Shown: in pieces, positions 1 through 10,134 of the stretch | Position numbering within the stretch: the first letter of the stretch is position 1 | Layout of the letters: each line of letters opens with the position of its first letter | Source: Asterias rubens | Taxonomy: Eukaryota | Length of the DNA stretch: 64,000 nucleotides | Assembly (NCBI RefSeq): GCF_902459465.1 | Contig: NC_047081.1 | Location: 372,001 to 436,000, forward strand | Reading direction: 5' to 3' | Program-made: the position numbers and the translations under genes | The notes under the pieces: model-generated | Databases searched by the model: none | What the model was told of the DNA's origin: nothing | What the model saw: only the letters and a program-made list of their open reading frames with translations

Positions 1-3000
1 CACAACTCACAAGACTTTGTATTAGAGCTTTTGATCCACTGTTGCAGGCAAGCTTGATGGACGTGCTGAAGGCTACCCAAACACAGACACGGCGTAACCA
101 ATGGCAACTCATCATCTCCCTCGCAGTGACAAATACGACAGATATCGTTGTTAGATGAAATCACCGAGACTGAGGATTGTGTGGAACCAGTACGGGTTAG
201 AACCCCCTTAGACCAGCGTTGTTGTAAGGGTGGTTTATTTAGTTCGTCATTGTCTTTGTCGGGGGTTGTTGTTGATGTAGGCACAGTGCTTTGGTGTCCT
301 TGTGTTCCTTGTGTTTGTCCATCTACTTGGCTGGGGATGTCTTTTGGGTCCATGATGAAGGCAGGATTTTTCTTAGCATGGTTCTGTTTTTCGTCTTTTT
401 CCTGTAACAAATATAAATCATTGCAATAAGTGAGTCCAGGGGTATAAATGGGTACCTGTTACCTGCAAGGGTAGAGGTTGATTTTGTTAATTACATGATT
501 AGGATTAATGAGCGTGAAGTACAAAATGAGAACAGCCCTATAATATAATGCCATGCGACCAGATGCATTTTCAACCTGTGCATGAATTTGAAATTTTAAT
601 GAGAGATTGCCTAATACCACAATGCTGGACGGTCACTTCAAGCTACACTTGACTGATTAGGGCTGTCCACCCAAATCAAATGTCACCAGGGGTGCGTTGT
701 CAACTACTCCTGGGGTCAATCTCACAAAGATACAACACGTAGTTCTAACTTAGGACAAGTCCCAGGAGTTTACTAGTCCTAAGTAAAAATGAGTATTCCG
801 TCCTAACTTTAGGTAAGACAAATCTTTGTTAAATCAACCCCTGGGATCATTCTGCCAAAAAACAGGGCGATGTAACAAAAGATGAATTTGCAAAATTAAT
901 ATGACATTTCATACAGTATCAGCAAACTCTGACGTCATAATACACTGGTAATAGTAAACAAAATTTACCTTAAGTGCTTTTGGAAATCCCACTCCCGGAT
1001 TTCACTAATTGAGATTTATCTAAAAATAAATTGTCAAAGTAAACGCCACTAGCAGATCAACGATCAGTCTATCAGCGCAGGCCTGGTACTTCACGGAGGC
1101 AACGAAGGCAATTGCCTCCGTGTCCCCTTGTCATTGCCTTGGTGCTCTGAAATGCTCCAGTACAAATTTGCTATTTCATCACAGTTTGCCCTTTACCAAG
1201 AAGAAAATGCCTTGGTGCCCTTGCCCTTTCAAAGACGAAGCATACAGCCCTGCGTCACTACTTCGGTAATTGTCCCTTCATAGCTTAGCAATGACACAAC
1301 ACTATGGTGACAGTAACAATTAACTTGTTTGGCCTCAGTGCTTAGATACATGTACATGGAAATCAGGCAAAGATTTATCTGTTTTAAAATAGATTCACAT
1401 TGTAAGCCCTTTCCCAGTATTTAAGCAACTACATCAACCTACATGTAATGGTGCCCACATTGGTTGTACACGTACTACACATACATAACACTATCTTGCT
1501 ACATTGTAGGTACGTGTGTAGATCTATGCCCTGCACCACATAAAAAAGACATAGGCCTACATGTACATGTAGCAATCTAAAATGTCAGAAACATGTTGAC
1601 ATTTAGAAACTAGGTTTTTTTTTTTTATTGTGCCAGAGTTTTGGGCGCATGTTTGCGATTGGTCAATGCAGAAGGGATCAACCCACGGCGCTTATAACCA
1701 AACAAATCAATAATCGGATACAATACAAATCACACTCTAACGGGGAAAAATAATATGTCTGTGATAAAGAAGTTTGAGAAAATTATAATCCCTTGTGGTT
1801 GTTGTAATAAACAGCTCGCCTTGCAAGATGATTTTTATTGTAGAACTAAAAACAACATTCAAGAAGATGAATTTTGATAATGCTAACAGTGCATGTTGTA
1901 CAATGTACAGTGTGTAGCTAGACCAATGTTGTGGGCTCTAAATCCAATTTAGTCCATAGGGAGGAACGGTTCAACAAAATTATTCATGTTTAGGTATGAC
2001 GATGTGGCCATTTTTTCTTAAGTGCAATCTGGGGGAAATCTGTGCTGGTCGGCACAATGTATTTTGCTCAGAGTGCTGGGCAACATTTGTTAGTTCTGGG
2101 CAGGCCCGCCTGGCACAGCGTGCTTTCCTTCTGACTGTTCGCAACATTGGCTGTACCAAGAATTAAGAACTCTAACCCAGATACTGCATGCGCACCAGTT
2201 GTCACATCACAAAAGGCATTGTCAGTGCTATTGTGATGATTGTGATGTTATTATGAACAGCCACAGCCCTGCTACCTACGACCCTGACATCAGTCCCCCC
2301 TTAAAACAACTCATTATTAAACACAAGGTAAATATTTGTCAAAACTAAGTTGTGTTTAATAATAAACGTCTAAGTGGTCTGCCTATTAAACAGAAAATAA
2401 AAATAATCTTATGGGGCAAGCTCTGAATATAATGTGCTAGCTGTGTAAGCGAAGAATGCCTTTTTAGCAAAATTCCCTGCTAACCTCTGTGAAATACGCT
2501 TGCATTAAGCGCAGACTCCACTGCTTCCATTTACAAACAAAGATTCTTTGCTTACGGTAAGCAAAACCATGAAATTGGGCCCTGCTACGGCCTGAACAGA
2601 TTAATGAGTGCATACATTGTAGCAACCCAACCTTCAAAGCTCTCAGAAAAACACATTTTAAGTATGTTTTTCAGTCAAAAGTCTTGCATAATAGGATTTT
2701 TTTCGATGACATCAGATGTTAATCACAACCGACGGGCGTCTTAAAACACAAAATATTTTACAGCAGGCACATGTTCAGGGGGGGCTCAAAATTAACACCA
2801 AACCGCAAGCCCCAATGCTAGTGATTGTAGTCCAGCCAGTAAAGTTAATCACAACAAATTATGTTTTTCATTTGAGGGATAACACAAACACTGTTTGTCA
2901 TAAACAAAAATTATAAGACCCATGCAGACATCAACTTGTTTTGTAAAACTCAATATGGTTGGAATCAAATTTGCATGAGATTTGCATGGTCTATTGTGCT

Positions 3001-6000
3001 ATATTATAATGTTAAAACGCATACAATTATAAGCTGTTGCAAACTGCTATACATTTTGACTCTGTTTTTCTTGAAGGCAAGACTTCAGAAATATTGACTT
3101 TATGCTCATACGTCATTAATTATTCAAGACATTTAACATTAAACTTGAAACAAATATTCCAATAATATTGGAATTATGGAAATTGAATCAAATTCATTTA
3201 TGATCCACAAGGAAAAAGAAAAGAAAATTCTACATTGGGTCCGCCTATTTATTTCTGCGAAAGAAATTGTTTACAATGCTGGCACTATGATGCAGTCACT
3301 GATGTCATCTGACATTTAAAATTTGACACAGACACACACTACAATAGCAATCTCAACAGAAAACTACATGTCTGGCTTTATGTTCAGATCCTATGAGGAT
3401 AGAATACCGTGGAAATGCTGACACTGCGATTCTTCATTCTCAAGTTCCGTATTGAAAACACAGACTTTACAAAAATGATAATTTCTAGTTTTCTAAAATG
3501 AAAAGACATCTAGCCCTGGGCAATGACAAGCAGGCCTGATACTTCCCTGAGGCAACGGAGGCGATTGCCTTCGTTGCCCCCTGCCATTGCCTTGGTGCCC
3601 TTGTAATGCTCACAGTAGAAATTTACAATTTCCTCATAGGGTACCCTTTGCCAACGAGAAAATGCCTTGGTGCCTTTGCCCTTTCAAAAACGAAGCATAA
3701 AAGGACAAGAAATCTAGCCCTGGCCAATGACAAGACACCTAGCCCTGGCCAATGACGAGACATCTAGCCCTGGCCAATGACCAGGGGCAGGAAGGCAATG
3801 ACCAGGGGCAGGGGAGGCCATGACCAGGGGCAGGGGAGGCCATGACCAGGGGCATGGAGGCAATGACCAGGGGCATGGAGGCAATGACCAGGGGCATTGA
3901 GGCAATGACCAGGGGCATGGAGGCAATGACCAAGGGCATGGAGGCAATGACTAGGGGCATGGAGGCAATGGCCAGGGGCATGGAGGCAATGACCAGGGGA
4001 ATGGAGGCAATGACCAAGGGCATGGAGGCAATGACCAGGGGCATGGAGGCAATGACCAGGGGCATGGAGGCAATGACCAGGGGCATGGAGGCAATGACCA
4101 GGGGTATGGAGGCAATGACCTGGGGCATGGAGGCAATGACAAGGGGCATGGAGGCAATGACCAGGGGCATGGAGGCAATACTAGGGGCATGGAGGCAATG
4201 ACTAGGGGCATTGAGGCATTGACCTGGGGCATGGAGGAAATGACCAGGGGCATTGAGGCAATGACCAGGGGCAGGGAGGCTATGACCAGGGGCATGGAGG
4301 CAATGACCAGGGGCATGGAGGAAATGACCACGGGCAGGGAGGCAATGACCAGGGGAATGGAGGCAAGGACCAGTGGGATGGAGGCAATGACCAGGGGCAT
4401 GGAGGCAATGACCAGGGGAATGAAGGCAAGGACCAGTGGTATAGAGGCAATGACCAGGGGAATGCAAGCAATGACAAGAGGCAGGCAAAGGCAATGACCA
4501 GGGGCATGGAGGCAATGACCAGGGGTATGGAGGCAATGACCTGGGGCATGGAGGCAATGACAAGGGGCATTGGAGGCAATGACCAGGGGAATGAAGGCAA
4601 TAACCAGAGGCTTGGAGGCAATGACCAGAGGCTTGGAGGCAATGACCAGTGACTTGGAGGCAATGACTAGGGGCATGAAGGCCATTACCAGGGGCAAAGA
4701 GGCAATCAAGGGGGCATAGAGGCAATCAAGGGGGCATAGAGGCAATGACTAGAGGGCCTCCACTGCCCCATGACGTATAAGGCCTGCAACTGTATACTTT
4801 AAACTCAAGGTAAACACCAAACTACTTGAAAATTAAAGCAAGCTACATGTATTCAACATCTAGACAAGGCCATGGCTTAATTACATACGATGGAACGACG
4901 GAACATCGCCAGTAGAACTATCTCTTTATTGATTCTTCCCACTATATTTTACCTGTAGATAATGCACATTATGTGCATGACTGTCTTGGCTGATTACCAT
5001 TGATCCAATTCATGGGATGTCTTTTTCTATTTTTGTATTTTATGCACAAGTGCTTCTTGACTTACATAAAACTTAAATTATGTGTTGTGTTTTAGAACTG
5101 CGTATGTACACCTATACGCTGTACTATGTTCAGATTATCAGATTGTTGAAATGCAGCCATGACTAAAAACAAGTGTGTCTTCATTCTTCTCTTAATGCAT
5201 TCAGGGAGTCTACCTTTCACAATCAAAGACTCCTGGGGGAGAAATATATTCTGGCATCTTGGATAAAAACAAAAAAATGGCCTTGTTCTTTTTTTTCAGG
5301 CCCAAAACGACAACCTGTTAACTTTTGTTATGTATAAAAAAATGTTCTCAAACAGGTTTTCCTTCTTTTGTTACAGTTCCATTTTATTAGATGCAATCAT
5401 TAAATGCCAAGGGTTTCCATGGAAACCCTACAATACTCTGCTTATTGCAAAAGAGATGACACGTATGAAAAAAGGTCTGTGTTACTCAATGCTTGACAAA
5501 TTTCAAAGCAATTTGTAGATCACCGTTTCTTTTATTGTTCTCAATAAAGAAACAGGTATGAACACCAGTTAATTTTCTGCTTGATTGCAATACAAGTAGG
5601 CCTACCATACTTCATTTGTGTTCTATTTTGAGTGTTGTTGATTTTAATGCAGGGATTACATGGAAAGAACTTGGCCTCATTTTTAATACTCGTTTTATAA
5701 CCGATAAAATTGTCGCAATTAATTGAAAATGTTCACATTATTCCAAGCAAAAAAATATATAAAAATTAATTAGGCCTAAATAGGGCTTTCTCCAATAGAC
5801 GATCAGAGCATATTGATCAAAACGTCAAGTTGAAACCAACTGTTCTTTTTAGAACCACCACAACTCAATAGAGATAGTCATTACATTGTATTTTTTCCAC
5901 CATGCAAAGTAAGTTACAAATCCTACATAAAAAACCCTAATAAAGTAAAGTAATAGACATTTAGCAACAGTTTCTGCCAATTGTGATGTTCATGACAGGC

Positions 6001-6679
6001 GAACATCAACTAGACCAGATATTTTTTCTCATCTTCCTAAGGATTAAACAGCCTGTGTTTTTTTCCCCTGGTATTCTCTAAGATTTTCCTCCCACAACTA
6101 AACTAAAACTTAGTTCCTTATTATCTCAATTGGATTCCTGGATAGTATAGTGAACTTCAGATCAGTTCTAAGAATCATTGACTTAAAAACCAAGTTTATT
6201 AAACAAAATAAAAACATTATTTCCACCCTCAAAGGTACGTATTTGCTCCTGGGTAAAGGGAAGCAACAGGCATACTGCTCAGTTTGTCCAAAAATTATGT
6301 TTCAAGTTTCATCAAGTACACTATTTAGACTGATGTAAAATACTTTCGAGTGGCACACTTATTTTGTTTCCAGAAAAAAACAAAAAGTCACCCCAAATAA
6401 AGATATTGCCAAAATAGGAGGGAGACCGCCAACAAAGGGCTAGATAGTTAAAAGAGCGTCGGCATTCGGCAAGTTAAACCTTAGGTCGTTGGTTCAAGTC
6501 CCACTCTAGTAAATTTTGTATTTGTTCAACCCCAACCCAAATCAAAAGAGAAAAATAGATGAACTTACTTTGTTACTGTCATTCTCATTTCCCTGGTTGC
6601 AGAGACCCACATCCGTTTCCTCCATGACGCTGGTCTGCTTAGAGATAATCGGAGTGACTGCGATCTTTTTAAGCGGCAT
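1..6679 (-). CDS. MARCHF8: MARCHF1/8-like RING-CH E3 ubiquitin ligase, 5' part; coding exons 6679-6569 and 401-1, continues off the left edge
   Basis: Exon 401-1 (acceptor ttgttacag) reads ...[53 protein letters not shown], a C4HC3 RING-CH very close to MARCHF1/8. Exon 6679-6569 encodes [10 protein letters not shown]... (compare MPLHQISAIP of MARCHF8) and ends at a phase-0 GTAAGT donor matching the phase-0 acceptor. MARCHF1 versus MARCHF8 orthology cannot be separated. Confidence 0.93.
708..845. mobile_element. Short foldback MITE
   Basis: Imperfect terminal inverted repeats cctggggtcaatctcacaaaga and tctttgttaaatcaacccctggg. Confidence 0.5.
1078..1252 (+). mobile_element. ~175-bp dispersed MITE-like repeat, family A
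   Basis: Related copies at 3531-3699 (+) and 42634-42790 (-). Imperfect inverted ends caggcctggtacttc and gaagcatacagccctg. Confidence 0.75.
3531..3699 (+). mobile_element. Family A MITE copy inserted in a 25-bp tandem repeat
   Basis: Aligns by eye with 1078-1252. Flanked by gacatctagccctgg(g/c)caatgacaa units at 3505-3530 and 3704-3780. Confidence 0.75.
3775..4750. repeat. 21-bp minisatellite (GGAGGCAATGACCAGGGGCAT)n, roughly 46 units, in a MARCHF intron
   Basis: Direct inspection. It explains the MTRGMEA / MPLVIAS / PPCPWSL ORFs. One-base slips near 4190, 4495 and 4570 shift the frames. Confidence 0.97.
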
Positions 6680-7384
6680 CGTGATGGCTTAGCGTTTAGA
6701 GCGTAAGACAAACCATGAAACACAACGCTGCATGAGGTCGGAACGAGCGTCAAACACAAAGCACTCAAGAAGTCTGTTATATCACGAAACCCTACAAAGA
6801 ACAGAAGAGATGAATATTTCATTTTATAAGGAAAGTACACGTTTGGTAAAAAATTCACTCTTCAATTTAATGGCAATAAAACCTTTTGATTAGAAGCCTA
6901 CATGTATTGTACGCTATATCTTTTGATATAGCATTTTAAGAAAATTTTCACTTCAAATGATGTTTGTTGTTCTAAAGCAAAATAAAAATTAAGGGTGGCT
7001 GCACAAAGTAAGGGTCGGTCGGGTAATCAGAAACAGCACGTTGTTTTGTTTGGCCCAACAAAAAATGGACTACAGACTTGATGGGCATAGGCCTAGTATG
7101 GAAAATGACAATAAATAATTTACCTTTTATTTCATTATAAAACAGGTTGCTGAATATTAGCATTTTTCCCCTTTTAAAAATTATTATTAGTAATCAAATT
7201 ATTATCAATTAAATTATTATTATCCATTTGCTTGTGAACTAAATTTGGTTTGTCATTATTTGTTTTAATCCACCCAAACACACAATTTCAAAAAATTTAC
7301 CACATTGGTGAATCTTAACTGGCAATTAGTGACTGCCATTAATACTGGTTGCTCTAAAGGACATTCTTTAAAAAAAGGGAAACT

Positions 7385-7754
7385 TGTACTTTTGGTAAAC
7401 AGTATTGTCCAAGGCCCACACTTCATGTATCACACTTTATATAAAAATAAAATAACAAACCTGTGAAAATTTAGGCTCAATCGGCCTTCGGAGTCGGGAG
7501 AAAATAACGAGAAAACCCACCCTTGTTTCCGCTCGTTTCCCCGTGTCATGACATGTGTTTAAAATAAATCCGTAGTTCTCGATATCAAGAATTTATATTG
7601 TTTCAATGTTTCTCAAAAACTAATTTTTAAGCATTTCATGGAATAATATTTCAAGAGAAGTCTTTCACCATTACCTTCTGTAAACCCTGTAAGTTATTTG
7701 TAAATCTGTTACCTTTTTTTTTTTTTTTCTGTTCCAAAATTGTCCAATGGCTTT
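7385..7754 (+). mobile_element. ~350-bp MITE, family B (left end degraded)
   Basis: High similarity to 60961-61309. Right end tgtccaatggcttt. Confidence 0.8.
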
Positions 7755-8184
7755 CAAGGTGTTCAAAGATGTACATTATGTAGATTTGCATCGGTGGTTA
7801 TATAGGCATTTCGTTGTGTCTTGGTACCCTCTGCTAAAGGATTCGAACAGACTCTAGCTACTCTAGCTACTTGGACATCAGCATTGTGGTCAAGTGGTAA
7901 TGCAAAGGGGAAAAGTCTCTGTATGGCGCCACCACTTTTTCACTCGATATGAAATAATTTACCTCAATGAGATATTCCTTTTTGTAAAAAATAGGAAATC
8001 TACTATATATCTAATTACAAATTTTCCAAACAAAGCAGACCTCATAATTCAACAACACACTGACGGTAGACAACTATTCTAACTACACCGACCGGTCGGC
8101 GTGTGCTGGCGGTCTGCTGCCGTCCGTATGCTAAAAATAAAAATAAAAGAACAAAAAACATTACAAAATACATTTGTTTCTTAC

Positions 8185-8300
8185 CAGCATGTCCACGCAG
8201 GAAGTAGAGCCACTTTCCATGATTAGTCCAACGTAAAATGCTGCAGGCATTGACGTAACTGTGTTGTTTTCTCCGCAAAGTAAGTTATATCAGAAAAATA
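8185..8300 (-). other. Probable upstream 5' UTR exon of the MARCHF1/8 gene (5' limit uncertain)
   Basis: Strong donor CTG|GTAAGA at 8185/8184. The next exon has acceptor ttctttgtag at 6792 and includes about 110 nt of UTR before the ATG at 6679. Confidence 0.55.
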
Positions 8301-8954
8301 ATTTTGTACAGGAACAGCTCAGTCAGTCGCCATTGCATTGTTATGTGACAGAGACCATTAGTCAACGGCTGTTTCGCAAACGCGTAGAATTGGATTAGGC
8401 GTTTCTTTGCTAATAGAAAAAGGAACGCTGAAGAAACTAACACACAACAGCCGTTCATTTATGGTTAGCATTTGCTTTGTTTTACTTGGTGGCGCTATTT
8501 GACAACGCGGTGCTCAAAAGGAAAAAAAGGCATGTGCGGGTAAGTTTAAAAACTTTATTTATAACCTTTTGCAAAATAACTCGGCTGGCTTTAAACCTGA
8601 ATAATTTTATCCATACCACTGCATTGTTGAAAACAACCTCCATATTATTGTGTTTATTAAGTGTGCAATATATCCCCTAGCCCAGCCAGGCCCGGAGTCA
8701 GAGTAAGTTGCAGTAGGCTACATCATCCCTTGTACTTGGTAGTTGTACTTTACTTTAACTCTCAACTCATTAGATTTAGAAGCATGTAGCACTCGGTTAA
8801 CTGACCGGTGACCCTAAATTCATTCGGGTCAGTGAGGTAGTATTATACCACCATGATTTAACTTTATTGGTTTGCGGTAATCTACTCCGCGACTGAGAAC
8901 GTTCTCTCGAATTCCGAAAAATCATTAATACTCCGCGCGCGGTATCGCCACCGT

Positions 8955-9080
8955 CAAAGTCGCCCCACAAAGTCGCCCCCAGCAACCCCGCCCCTCTTTG
9001 TACAAACTCGCCGCAAAACAATGTCTCTCCCCGCCAGAGTCGCCCCTAACAAAGTCGCCCCCGACACAGTCGCCCCCACC
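8955..9080. repeat. Degenerate cluster of (aa)gtcgcccc motifs
   Basis: Five to six gtcgcccc-like copies. A related reversed motif (ggggcgac) lies at about 19595-19635. Confidence 0.5.
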
Positions 9081-9548
9081 CCACCTTCGTGCACTGAACT
9101 TTAGAACTTAGGAAGAGTTCTGAGTCTTGACTTTTCTATGACTAGGCCTATTTAGTGTTATTTATTCGAAGTCATTGTGCTAAAATGTATGTTTTAAAAC
9201 TGATTCAGCTAAACTATCTAGATAGTAGGTTGACCTCCATGGTAGGAAGCAATGGTTGAGCAATGGTTGAACTCGCTCCTCAGCCTACCCAACGGGTCGG
9301 CAGCCGTAGAAATTATACACACAATATTCATAACAGTATTTAAAGATTCATTGTATTTATTAAGTCTCAGGAACTATAATTTTATACGTAGTGTACGTAG
9401 AGCGCCATATTTTTTTAATTTACCCAGTCAGTTTCCCTTGCAGTTTATAATAATATTTGATTGTTTTTGCTACTTTATATTTTTGCGAGAAATCTTTCAT
9501 GTTTTAAGTATCTGTTGAGCTGTTTGTACATTTTAGAAGCTGTGTGGA

Positions 9549-9662
9549 AAAAACCCAGCCACAGCCAGGCACCTAGCTGGGAGAACCCCTTCTCTTTTCG
9601 ATAAGTGCACTGGGTTATTTTACATGCGTTACACAACACATGGGATCAATGGTTTTATGTCC
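9549..9662 (-). mobile_element. SINE fragment with DeuSINE/Nin-like core
   Basis: Reverse complement matches the ...acccagtgcacttatcgaaaagagaagggg block of 47060-47100. Confidence 0.65.
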
Positions 9663-10134
9663 CCCCCCCCCCCCTCCCCCAATACATGTTCTTGGAAACT
9701 CACAAACTGGGACGGTCGAACAATGGTGAAACAGCAATAATCTTGTTAGTGCAGACATATTTTGATAACAAAGTTGAATCCAGTGAAAGTGTTGTGTTTT
9801 TTCTGACTCTAGACCTACCAAATTGGGTTTATTATTCCCAAACATACGAATATAATTGGTTAATTATTCAAAACAAAACAAAATCGACTTTCTTTGGACG
9901 AACAAACAATGCTCTCGGGGCCCCCCAAAAGATAACCATTGAAAAAAGGGTTTGGATAATCGTAAAATTCATTTGAAATCATAGTAAGTTGTAAAAATAT
10001 ATGTTTACATCATTAATAGGCTATTACAAAATAGAAGAAACACTAAAAAGTTATGGAAAGAGTAATTAGGAAATTGCAATTATGTATAATAAATTATTTT
10101 TACAGCAAATCCCACATAAATATGATTTTCATTC

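Noticed and set aside
3714-4745. Long ORFs (328, 264, 119, 102 aa and others) with [14 protein letters not shown] or PPCPWSL repeats
   Set aside because: They arise from a 21-bp unit that lacks stops in several frames. The array lies in a MARCHF intron, has single-base slips that break the frames, and shows no convincing splice signals.
3775-4750. Possible CRISPR-like array
   Set aside because: The units are directly tandem with no unique spacers, there are no cas genes, and the context is a eukaryotic intron.
8270-8290. Plus-strand AAA|GTAAGT donor overlapping the MARCHF leader, suggesting an antisense transcript
   Set aside because: It is a single motif with no matching acceptor or exon that I could identify, and is expected by chance.
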